Shown: positions 1 through 6,675 of the stretch, one piece after another
Layout of the letters: each line of letters opens with the position of its first letter
Numbering within the stretch: position 1 is the stretch's first letter
NCBI GenBank assembly: GCA_016873935.1
Contig: VGVT01000001.1
Coordinates: 55,783-79,782 of the forward strand
DNA from: Betaproteobacteria bacterium
Lineage (GTDB): Bacteria; Pseudomonadota; Gammaproteobacteria; Burkholderiales; Thiobacillaceae
Direction of reading: 5' to 3'
DNA: 24,000 nucleotides
Notes under the pieces: generated by a model
Told to the model about the DNA's origin: nothing
Database searches by the model: none
What the model saw: the letters and a program-made list of their open reading frames with translations, nothing else
Position numbers and translations under genes: made by a program

Positions 1-171
1 TTCGGCCAGAGCCAGGACGTGCACACCTGGCACCACCTGGGCCTGTGGGTGATCCTGTTCTTCGTGCTGATCCACGTCTACGCCGCCATCCGCGAGGACA
101 TCATGTCCCGCCAGAGTCTGGTCTCCACCATGCTGTCCGGCTGGCGCCTGTTCAAGGACGACAAGCCGTGA
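1..171 (+). CDS. hoxZ: [NiFe]-hydrogenase b-type cytochrome subunit, C-terminal fragment (5' end lies outside the window)
   Basis: Frame 1 is open from the window edge to TGA at 169-171. It translates to ...HTWHHLGLWVILFFVLIHVYAAIREDIMSRQSLVSTMLSGWRLFKDDKP*, typical of the last helix of HupC/HoxZ/HyaC cytochromes. It lies directly upstream of the hydrogenase endopeptidase gene, as in MBH operons. Confidence 0.8.
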   Translation, partial: FGQSQDVHTWHHLGLWVILFFVLIHVYAAIREDIMSRQSLVSTMLSGWRLFKDDKP

Positions 172-800
172 ACCCTCTGGACTACCGCTGCGACACCCTG
201 GTCCTCGGCATCGGCAACCTGCTCTGGGCCGACGAGGGCTTCGGCATCCGCGCCCTGGAGCGCCTCCACGCCGAATGGCGCTTCCGTCCCGGCGTGCGCC
301 TGCTGGACGGAGGCACCCAGGGCCTCTATCTGCTGCCCTACGTGGAAGGCTGCCGCAAGCTCTTGATCCTGGACGCCGTGGACTACGGACTTGCCCCGGG
401 CACCCTCAAGGTGGTCAGGGACGACGACGTGCCGGCTTTCATGGGGGCGAAGAAGATGAGCTTGCACCAGACCGGTTTCCAGGAGGTGCTTGCGGTCGCC
501 CGCCTGCGCGGCTGGGCGCCGGAGGCCATCACCCTCATCGGCTGCCAGCCGGCGGTGCTGGAGGACTACGGCGGCAGCCTGTCCGATCCGGTCCGCGCCC
601 GCGTCCCCGAAGCCCTGGGCCTGGCATTGGATGCCCTGTACGGCTGGATGGCCCGGCCCGAGCGGCGCATGGAACCCCAGGGCGAGGACGAGCGCATCAC
701 CCTGGACAGCCTGGACATGGGCGTCTACGAAGGCCAGCGGCCCAGCGCCGAGATGGCCTGCCGGATGGGGGATGGACGATTCCTGGGAGCAGGCGCATGA
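168..800 (+). CDS. hoxM: Hydrogenase maturation endopeptidase (HupD/HoxM/HyaD family)
   Basis: GTG at 168 overlaps the hoxZ stop (GTGA). The N-terminus NPLDYRCDTLVLGIGNLLWADEGFGIRALERL carries the GIGNxLxxDxGxG signature. The ATG at 45 given in the ORF track lies inside hoxZ and is rejected. Confidence 0.85.
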   Translation: MNPLDYRCDTLVLGIGNLLWADEGFGIRALERLHAEWRFRPGVRLLDGGTQGLYLLPYVEGCRKLLILDAVDYGLAPGTLKVVRDDDVPAFMGAKKMSLHQTGFQEVLAVARLRGWAPEAITLIGCQPAVLEDYGGSLSDPVRARVPEALGLALDALYGWMARPERRMEPQGEDERITLDSLDMGVYEGQRPSAEMACRMGDGRFLGAGA

Positions 801-813
801 ATGGGCTGGCGCG

Positions 814-910
814 AATCCGCCTTGTCCCCCTACATGAGAAATGTGGGGCATACCCACGGACGTTCGCCGGAGGGTTCCTCCCTTTCATAAAGGGAGGACA
901 GGAGGGATTC
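814..910. repeat. Family-1 palindromic element, decayed left arm plus intact beta-type right arm
   Basis: The left arm AATCCGCCTTGTCCCCCTACATGAGAAATGTGGGGCA is degenerate. The right arm GCCGGAGGGTTCCTCCCTTTCATAAAGGGAGGACAGGAGGGATTC (866-910) matches the copies at 7303-7347 and 14799-14843. Confidence 0.6.
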
Positions 911-930
911 AACCTGGCCTGGAGCTTCCC

Positions 931-1236
931 ATGTGCCTAGGCCTCCCCATGCAAATCCTGGAATGCCACGGCCTGGTCGCCCGCTGTGGGGGCCGGGGCG
1001 GCGAGCGGACCATCGATCTGGCCCTGGTGGGCGAACACCCCCCGGGAACCTGGCTGCTGTGCTTCATCGACGCGGCCCGGGAAGTCATCGACGCCGCCAC
1101 CGCCGACCGCGTCAACGCCGCCCTGGACGGCCTGGAGGCCGCCATGACCGGGGTGGTCGATCTGGACGCCCACTTCGCCGACCTGGTCGGCCGAACTCCC
1201 CAACTGCCCCCTCACCTGCGAGGACTCGCCCCATGA
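931..1236 (+). CDS. hoxL: HypC-like hydrogenase chaperone (HupF/HoxL)
   Basis: Starts MCLGLPMQILE, the invariant MC(L/I)G(I/L)P N-terminus of the HypC/HupF family. Its stop overlaps the next start (ATGA at 1233-1236). Confidence 0.85.
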   Translation: MCLGLPMQILECHGLVARCGGRGGERTIDLALVGEHPPGTWLLCFIDAAREVIDAATADRVNAALDGLEAAMTGVVDLDAHFADLVGRTPQLPPHLRGLAP

Positions 1237-1670
1237 CCCGCATCCATCCCCTCATCGCCCGCCTGGTGGACGAATTCGGCTACCCCCACCTCGCCGCCGC
1301 CGACCTGGAAGCCTTCAGCAACGCCCCCGGCGACGCCGTGCTGTTCTGCGCCGGCGACCCGGTCCAGTACCCGGAATGCCTGGACGTGGCCGTGGTGCTG
1401 CCGGAAATCCTGCGCGCCTTTCCGGGACGCTTCCGTGCCGGCATCCCCGCCGTCGAGATGGAGCCCGCCATGCAGGCCCGCTATGGCTTCAACCGCTGGC
1501 CCACCCTGGTGTTCCTTCGGGGCGGCGCCTACGTGGGCACGATCTCCGGCATCCAGGACTGGTCCGTGTACCTGGTGCGCATCCAGGAACTGCTGGCCAC
1601 CCCCGCGAGCCGGCCCCCGTCCATCGGCATCCCGGTCTCCACGCCGTCCGCCGCCGCCACCTGCCACTGA
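1233..1670 (+). CDS. hoxO: Hydrogenase expression protein, HyaE/HupG/HoxO family (thioredoxin-like)
   Basis: MTRIHPLIARLVDEFGYPHLAAADLEAF...RWPTLVFLRGGAYVG resembles HyaE/HupG. The position after hoxL matches the conserved operon order, and the start is coupled by an ATGA overlap. Confidence 0.75.
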   Translation: MTRIHPLIARLVDEFGYPHLAAADLEAFSNAPGDAVLFCAGDPVQYPECLDVAVVLPEILRAFPGRFRAGIPAVEMEPAMQARYGFNRWPTLVFLRGGAYVGTISGIQDWSVYLVRIQELLATPASRPPSIGIPVSTPSAAATCH

Positions 1671-1680
1671 GGAGCCCGCC

Positions 1681-2532
1681 ATGCATCCCTTCCCGATTCC
1701 CGTCGTCGGATTGACGCAAACCCTCGGCCCCGGCTCCCAACAGGAAGACGAGACCCTGGACTATCTGCCCATGCCCCACGCCATGCGCACCTTCCAGACC
1801 CCCATCCTGCCGGAGCCGGAGGACGTGCGGGAACACGGCGAGGCCCGCGCCTGGCTGGGCCGGCTCCTTGACCTGGCGCGCAAGTGGCGGCCCGGCATGG
1901 GCGCCTTGAGCCTGGACATGAGTGGCCTTTCCGAGGCCGACCGCAAGCTCATCGACCAGGTGCTGGGGGAGGGTGAGGTGAGCGCCCAGGTGGCCGGCGA
2001 ATCCGGCACCCTGGCCATCCAGGAAAGCGTCTTCGCCGGCGTCTGGCGCCTGCGCGGCCGGGATCTGGAGGATAACGCCTTCGCCGACCGGGTGGAGGTC
2101 GGCGACGTGCCCGCCGCCGTGGGCCTGGCGGCCCGGGCCGGCCAGGCCGCCCCCAAGCCCCGGCCCACCACGCCAGGCGTCATCAACGCCCCGGCCCTGC
2201 TGGCGGAGGTGACCGAGCGGGTGACCGGCCACGCCGCCGAGTCCCACATCCTCAACCTCTCCCTCCTGCCTTTCGGCCCGGAGGACGCCACCTGGCTGGA
2301 CCAGTGCCTGGGCCGGGGGCGGGTCACCCTGCTGTCGCGGGGCTACGGCAACTGCCGCATCACCGCCACCGGCGTGGCCCGGGTGTGGTGGGTGCAGTAC
2401 TTCAACTCCCAGGACGCCCTCATCCTCAACACCCTGGAAATCGTCGACGTGCCCGAGGTGGCCCGGGCCGCCGCCGAGGACCTGGAGGACAGCGCCGAGC
2501 GCCTGGCGGAAGTGCTGGAGTGGATCGGTTGA
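1681..2532 (+). CDS. hoxQ: Hydrogenase expression/formation protein, HyaF/HupH/HoxQ family
   Basis: ATG at 1681, 283 aa. The length and position between hoxO and the rubredoxin gene fit the family, and the C-terminal ...VWWVQYFNSQDALILNTLEIVDVPEVA is HupH-like. Confidence 0.75.
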   Translation: MHPFPIPVVGLTQTLGPGSQQEDETLDYLPMPHAMRTFQTPILPEPEDVREHGEARAWLGRLLDLARKWRPGMGALSLDMSGLSEADRKLIDQVLGEGEVSAQVAGESGTLAIQESVFAGVWRLRGRDLEDNAFADRVEVGDVPAAVGLAARAGQAAPKPRPTTPGVINAPALLAEVTERVTGHAAESHILNLSLLPFGPEDATWLDQCLGRGRVTLLSRGYGNCRITATGVARVWWVQYFNSQDALILNTLEIVDVPEVARAAAEDLEDSAERLAEVLEWIG

Positions 2533-2542
2533 ACCCTGTTTC

Positions 2543-2567
2543 ACCCTGCTTACAAAGGGGGAGACAA
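2543..2567. repeat. Possible remnant of a family-1 arm
   Basis: ACCCTGCTTACAAAGGGGGAGACAA resembles the CCCCCCTTTACAAAGGGGGGAGA arm core but has a degraded 5' stem. Confidence 0.35.
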
Positions 2568-2626
2568 AAGCCGGTGCCGGGGCTCATTATGTTGCAGTGC
2601 AAGCAAAGTTCTCTCCCGCCTCACCC

Positions 2627-2842
2627 ATGACCACCTTCGAAGGCTCCTTTCTCGGAGACGCCAGCCGCCTGCCGCCTGACGCCAAGCTCGAATGCAAGAT
2701 CTGCTGGCATGTCTACGATCCGGCGGAGGGCGACCCGGTCTGGCAGATTCCCCCCGGCACCGCCTTCGCCGACCTGCCTGCCCATTGGCGCTGCCCCAAC
2801 TGCGACGGCGCGCGGGAACAGTTCATGGTGCTGGATGACTGA
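2627..2842 (+). CDS. hoxR: Rubredoxin-type hydrogenase accessory protein (HupI/HoxR)
   Basis: Two CxxC pairs with rubredoxin spacing and context: ECKICWHVYDP...WRCPNCDG. ATG at 2627 (MTTFEGSFLGD) is preferred over the in-frame GTG at 2597. Confidence 0.85.
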   Translation: MTTFEGSFLGDASRLPPDAKLECKICWHVYDPAEGDPVWQIPPGTAFADLPAHWRCPNCDGAREQFMVLDD

Positions 2843-2856
2843 GATACAAGCCGCTT

Positions 2857-2959
2857 TTCTCCCCCCTTTCATAAAGGGGGGCAGGGGGGATTTCCGCAAG
2901 GCACCGTCATGACCACCGTCGCAAAATCCCCCCCAACCTCCCTTTATGAAAGTGGGGAG
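2857..2959. repeat. Family-1 arms in tail-to-tail arrangement (right arm 2857-2893, 30-bp gap, left arm 2924-2959)
   Basis: The right arm is TTCTCCCCCCTTTCATAAAGGGGGGCAGGGGGGATTT. After a gap comes AAATCCCCCCCAACCTCCCTTTATGAAAGTGGGGAG. The left arm lies inside the annotated 5' end of hoxT. Confidence 0.8.
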
Positions 2960-3451
2960 AACCCTTCGACCACCTTGGAAGCGGTCTTCCGCCGCATCGC
3001 CGCAACCCGCATGGCCGGCGTCGGCCTGCTCAACCCGGCCCTGGACGTGGAGGCGGTGGGGTTCCGTCCCTGGCATGGCGATTGGGTGGGCGTGCTCATC
3101 ACGCCCTGGTTCATGAACCTGATCTGCCTGCCCGGACCGGATGCGACCTGGGAGGCGCAATCCAGCGGCAGCAAGCGGGATGTGGAACTTCCTTCCGGCA
3201 GCTACGAATTCCTCGCCGCGGACGAGGAGGAACTGGGACCCTACCTGACCAGCTCCCTGTTCTCGCCCATGTTCGAGTTCCCGGACATGGACCAGGCCCG
3301 GGCGGTTGCAGTGGCATCCCTGGAAGAAATTTTCACGCCGGCCCCGCCGGTTCCCGCCCCGCCTCCGGTGGGCCTGACCGCCAAGCTGGAACAGCCGGTC
3401 AGCCGGCGCGGCTTCTTCGGCGCCCTGCTGCGGCCGGGAGACAAGGTTTGA
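2909..3451 (+). CDS. hoxT: Hydrogenase assembly chaperone, HybE/HupJ/HoxT family
   Basis: LEAVFRRIAATRMAGVGLLNPALDVEAVGFRPWHGDWVGVLITPWFMNL is HybE/HupJ-like. The start is uncertain: ATG 2909 reads through a repeat arm (KSPPTSLYESGEN), and an in-frame TTG at 2975 lies just downstream of the arm. Confidence 0.7.
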   Translation: MTTVAKSPPTSLYESGENPSTTLEAVFRRIAATRMAGVGLLNPALDVEAVGFRPWHGDWVGVLITPWFMNLICLPGPDATWEAQSSGSKRDVELPSGSYEFLAADEEELGPYLTSSLFSPMFEFPDMDQARAVAVASLEEIFTPAPPVPAPPPVGLTAKLEQPVSRRGFFGALLRPGDKV

Positions 3452-4566
3452 ACTCCAGCCTGGAAGGCCGCATCGACATCCGCCTGAGCCGCGCGGGGTC
3501 GGCCGTGGCCGGTGTGGAAATCTGTTCCTCCCGCCCCCAGCTCGCCCAGAAACTCATGGCCGGGCGCGGGCCGGAGGAGGCGGCCGACCTGGCCGGCCTC
3601 ATCTACAGCCTTTGCGGCAAGGCCCAGAAGGTGGCCGTCCAGGCCGCCTGCGAAGCCGCGCTCGGCATCGAGCCCGCGCGGGACATCCACCAGCGGAGGG
3701 AGCGGGATGTGCTGGAGGAGCTGGCGCGGGAACACGCCTGGCGTCTGCTCCTGAACTGGCCTGAACAGGCCGGCCGGACGCCGGACATGCCGAGCCTGTT
3801 GCTGCTGCGCCAGGCCTCCGGGGAGCCGGCTCACTTCGCCAACACGCTGGAGAACCTGCTGGGTGCCTTGCTGCTGGGCGAGTCTCCCCACCGATGGCTG
3901 GTCCGCGACCTGACCGGCTTCGATCTCTGGCGCCGGGACGGCCACACCCTGGTGGCCAAACTGTTCGCCGAACTGGGCGACGGGCCGGACGTCGGCATCA
4001 GTCATTGCGCCCTGCTTCCGGCCCTGGCCGACCTGGATGATGCCGCCGCCCGGGAGTTGGCGCGGCGCGCCATCGAGGATCCCGCCTTCTGCGCCGCCCC
4101 CACCTGGCGGGACACGCCCGCCGAGACCGGCGCCCTGGCTCGCGCCGCGAAGCGGCCGCCACTGGCCGACTGGATCGCCCGGCGCGGTCGCGGCGCCGGC
4201 GCCCGTCTGCTGGCCCGCCTGCTGGAACTGGCGGAAATGCCGCAACGCTTGCGCGCCGATGCCGATGCCGACGGTGCCGCCCGGGTGGTCCGGGCCTGGT
4301 CCTTGGGGGACAATGCCGGCATGGCCGGGGTGGAAACCTCCCGCGGCCTCCTGATCCACGTGGTCAGGCTGAAAGACGGCAAGGTCGCGGATTACCGCAT
4401 CACCGCCCCCACGGAATGGAATTTTCATCCCGCCGGCCCCCTGGCCCAGGCCCTGTCCGGACTGGGGACGGGGGCGGGCCTGGAAGCGGCGGCCCGGCTG
4501 GTGTCGCAGTCGCTGGACCCCTGTGTCGCCTATGCAGTCGAGTTGTTGGAGCAGATCGATGCATGA
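3448..4566 (+). CDS. hoxV: Large-subunit-like hydrogenase scaffold protein (HupK/HoxV)
   Basis: SSRPQLAQKLMAGRGPEEAADLAGLIYSLCGKAQ near the N-terminus and APTEWNFHP...SLDPCVAY near the C-terminus resemble degenerate large-subunit motifs, as in HupK. The proposed start is TTG at 3448, which overlaps the hoxT stop (TTGA) and follows GGGAGA. That start call is an inference. Confidence 0.7.
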   Translation: MNSSLEGRIDIRLSRAGSAVAGVEICSSRPQLAQKLMAGRGPEEAADLAGLIYSLCGKAQKVAVQAACEAALGIEPARDIHQRRERDVLEELAREHAWRLLLNWPEQAGRTPDMPSLLLLRQASGEPAHFANTLENLLGALLLGESPHRWLVRDLTGFDLWRRDGHTLVAKLFAELGDGPDVGISHCALLPALADLDDAAARELARRAIEDPAFCAAPTWRDTPAETGALARAAKRPPLADWIARRGRGAGARLLARLLELAEMPQRLRADADADGAARVVRAWSLGDNAGMAGVETSRGLLIHVVRLKDGKVADYRITAPTEWNFHPAGPLAQALSGLGTGAGLEAAARLVSQSLDPCVAYAVELLEQIDA

Positions 4567-4900
4567 AATGTCGCTGGCGGAGGGCATCCTCCAGATCGTC
4601 GAGGACACCGCCGCCAGGCAGGGCTTCAAGCGGGTCACCGAGGTGCGCCTGGAGATCGGCGCCCTGTCCGGAGTGGAAGTGGAAGCCCTGAGCTTCTGCA
4701 TGGACGTGGTGCTCAAGGGCAGTGTCGCCGACGGCGCCCGGGTGGAGCTGGAACGCCTGCCCGGCCAGGGCTGGTGCCTGGCCTGCGGCGAGACGGTGGA
4801 AATCCAGGCCCTCTACGACGCTTGCCCGAAGTGTGGCGGCTACCAGGTGCAGGCCACCGGCGGCACCGAGATGCGGGTCAAGGATTTGTTGGTCGAGTAA
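4559..4900 (+). CDS. hypA: Hydrogenase nickel incorporation protein HypA
   Basis: Starts MHEMSLAEGILQIVED, the MHE N-terminal Ni site. The zinc site is CLACG...CPKCG. The start overlaps the hoxV stop by 8 nt. Confidence 0.9.
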   Translation: MHEMSLAEGILQIVEDTAARQGFKRVTEVRLEIGALSGVEVEALSFCMDVVLKGSVADGARVELERLPGQGWCLACGETVEIQALYDACPKCGGYQVQATGGTEMRVKDLLVE

Positions 4901-4909
4901 CGTTTTGCC

Positions 4910-4975
4910 GTCATTCCGGCGCAGGCCGGAATCCAGGGTTGGTCGGGCTGGACCCCGGCCTTCGCCGGGGTGACG
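4910..4975. repeat. Family-3 66-bp palindromic element (intergenic copy)
   Basis: GTCATTCCGGCGCAGGCCGGAATCCAG-(11 nt)-CTGGACCCCGGCCTTCGCCGGGGTGACG. The arms are inverted repeats of each other and near-identical to the copy at 8857-8922. Confidence 0.85.
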
Positions 4976-5000
4976 GAGCCTTATTTTCAGGAGTCTGACT

Positions 5001-6137
5001 ATGTGTACCGTTTGCGGCTGCGGCCAGGGTGAAACCAAGATCGAGGGCCACGAGCATGACCATGCTCACGGTCATCCCCACGATCACAGCCACCCCCATA
5101 CCCACGAGCACGATCACGCCCATGGCCACGTCCACGGCCACGATCACACCCACCCGGACGGCACCACTCACAGCCATCCTCACGAGCACGATCACGTCCA
5201 TCCCCACGTCCACAGCCACGAGCACGGCCATACCGGGCACGACCACTACCACGACCACCTGCACGATACGGGCGCCGGCCACAGCCACAGCCACACGGAA
5301 GCCGAGCTCCACGGCGGGGAAGGGCGCATGCACTTCCACGAGCACAAGGGCGACCTCCACTACGGCCTGGGCCCCGCCCACGCCCACGCCCCGGGCCTCA
5401 CCCAGGAGCGCATGGTCAAGATCGAGCAGGACATCCTGGGCAAGAACAACGCCTACGCCGCCGGCAACCGCAAACACTTCGCCGAACATGGCCTCTTCGC
5501 CGTCAACCTGGTCTCCAGCCCCGGCTCCGGCAAGACCACCCTGCTGGTGAAGACCATCGAGCTGCTCAAGGACAAGGCCAAGGTCGCCGTGGTGGAAGGC
5601 GACCAGCAGACCAGCCACGACGCCGACCGGATTCGCGCCACCGGCGCCCCGGCCATCCAGGTCAACACCGGCAAGGGCTGCCATCTGGACGCCCACATGG
5701 TGGGCCACGCCCTGGAACGCCTGAACCTGCCCGACGACAGCCTGCTCATGATCGAAAACGTCGGCAACCTGGTCTGCCCCGCCGCCTTCGACCTGGGCGA
5801 AGCCCACAAGGTGGTCATCCTCTCGGTCACCGAGGGCGAGGACAAACCCCTGAAGTACCCGGACATGTTCCACGCCGCCGACCTCATGATCCTCAACAAG
5901 GTGGACCTGCTGCCCTACCTGAATTTCGACGTGGCCAAGTGCGTGGACTTCGCGCGTAGGGTGAATCCGAAGCTGGAGGTCATGCAGGTGTCCGCGACCA
6001 GCGGGCAGGGCATGGATGGGTGGTTGGACTGGTTGCTGGCCGGGCTGGCCCAGGCCAAGGGCGCGCGGGAGGCGAATGTTGATTTGCTGAAGAAGCGGAT
6101 TGCGGAGCTGGAAGCGGCGCTGGCGGCGATGGGTTAA
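5001..6137 (+). CDS. hypB: Hydrogenase nickel-incorporation GTPase HypB with a long His-rich N-terminal domain
   Basis: An AGGAG Shine-Dalgarno sits 8 nt upstream. The N-terminus MCTVCGCG carries the CxxCGC motif. The GTPase motifs are the P-loop [21 protein letters not shown] and NKVDL. Residues 17-130 are about 40% His. Confidence 0.95.
   Translation: MCTVCGCGQGETKIEGHEHDHAHGHPHDHSHPHTHEHDHAHGHVHGHDHTHPDGTTHSHPHEHDHVHPHVHSHEHGHTGHDHYHDHLHDTGAGHSHSHTEAELHGGEGRMHFHEHKGDLHYGLGPAHAHAPGLTQERMVKIEQDILGKNNAYAAGNRKHFAEHGLFAVNLVSSPGSGKTTLLVKTIELLKDKAKVAVVEGDQQTSHDADRIRATGAPAIQVNTGKGCHLDAHMVGHALERLNLPDDSLLMIENVGNLVCPAAFDLGEAHKVVILSVTEGEDKPLKYPDMFHAADLMILNKVDLLPYLNFDVAKCVDFARRVNPKLEVMQVSATSGQGMDGWLDWLLAGLAQAKGAREANVDLLKKRIAELEAALAAMG
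5103..5225 (+). repeat. Internal direct duplication within the HypB His-rich coding region
   Basis: CACGAGCACGATCACGCCCATGGCCACGTCCACGGCCACGATCAC (5103-5147) versus CACGAGCACGATCACGTCCATCCCCACGTCCACAGCCACGAGCAC (5181-5225). The copies match at 40 of 45 nt and are offset by 78 nt (26 codons). Confidence 0.7.
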
Positions 6138-6144
6138 TGCAGGT

Positions 6145-6591
6145 ATGCCGAAAAAATATTCACTCCCCGCCTTCTTAGAATCCAAGGTCAATCAAGAAAG
6201 CTACGAAAAATGGCTTTATCGAAAGGCCCAGGCGCATTTGAAAAGGGATAGAGGGCGTGGAAATACATCGGCGACCGGTGAAAGCTATCGGCTGGCAATT
6301 CACGCAGCAGTTAAACACAGCAATGGGATAGATGCTTACACAGGAGAGGTTCTTGATTGGTCATTAATCAGCAGATATGACAACGATGAATCAAGGACTC
6401 ATGGCAGGACTTACAAGCAGCAATTCGCATTGCTCCCAACTGTTGACCATGTCGGAGACGGCATCGGTCCAGCAGATTTCAAGATTTGTTCCTGGCGAAC
6501 AAATGACTCGAAGAGTGACCTTTCGCTTGATGAGTTTCTTCGCCTTTGTAAGGCGGTATTGGTCTATCACCGTTGTTCGGTGAGCATGTAG
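6145..6591 (+). CDS. Hypothetical protein, HNH-like nuclease fold with lost zinc ligands (low-GC insertion)
   Basis: The motif ...GIDAYTGEVLDW...(about 30 aa)...LPTVDHVGDGIGPADFKICSWRTNDSKSDLSLDEF parallels the HNH pattern CxYCG...DH...N...CxxCNxxK, but the Cys pairs are replaced. GC is about 45% against about 68% in the flanks. ATG 6145 is preferred over ATG 6100, which lies inside hypB. Confidence 0.55.
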   Translation: MPKKYSLPAFLESKVNQESYEKWLYRKAQAHLKRDRGRGNTSATGESYRLAIHAAVKHSNGIDAYTGEVLDWSLISRYDNDESRTHGRTYKQQFALLPTVDHVGDGIGPADFKICSWRTNDSKSDLSLDEFLRLCKAVLVYHRCSVSM

Positions 6592-6594
6592 CGA

Positions 6595-6675
6595 GTAGCC
6601 CGGATGGAGCAACGCGCAATCCGGGTAGCTATGGAATCCGAAACCCCGGATTCCGCTGCGCCGCATCCAGGTTAT
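6595..6675. repeat. Family-4 palindromic element overlapping the hypF 5' end
   Basis: GTAGCCCGGATGGAGCAACGCGCAATCCGGGT ... CCCCGGATTCCGCTGCGCCGCATCCAGGTTAT. The second arm is an imperfect reverse complement of the first. Confidence 0.6.

Noticed and set aside
2620-2635. A 16-nt identity, CTCACCCATGACCACC, spanning the start codons of hoxR (2620-2635) and hoxC (17688-17703). hoxT also starts CATGACCACC.
   Set aside because: Both proteins begin Met-Thr-Thr with the preferred ACC codons in C-rich DNA. With this composition bias, a single 16-mer match in 24 kb is not clearly beyond chance, and no flanking conservation is seen.
2543-2893. hoxR as 'cargo' between a left-arm remnant (2543-2567) and a right arm (2857-2893).
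   Set aside because: A rubredoxin gene at exactly this position (hoxQ-hoxR-hoxT) is ancestral to MBH operons. The left remnant is weak. Two independent intergenic insertions are the more parsimonious explanation.
3241-4716. Very long antisense or off-frame ORFs throughout the ORF track, for example 3241-4716 (-), 7300-9321 (-), 14254-16140 (-), 4911-6191 (-), 21549-23879 (+) and 17689-19110 (-).
   Set aside because: They lie opposite or out of frame to genes with unmistakable family motifs. Their translations are low-complexity Arg/Gly/Ala/Pro-rich strings, typical of stop-codon-poor alternative frames in about 68% GC DNA.
6100-6144. ATG 6100 as the start of the HNH-like ORF, as given in the ORF track.
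   Set aside because: It would overlap the last 38 nt of hypB in high-GC sequence. The compositional break to low GC and the ATG at 6145 just after the hypB stop fit the inserted gene better.
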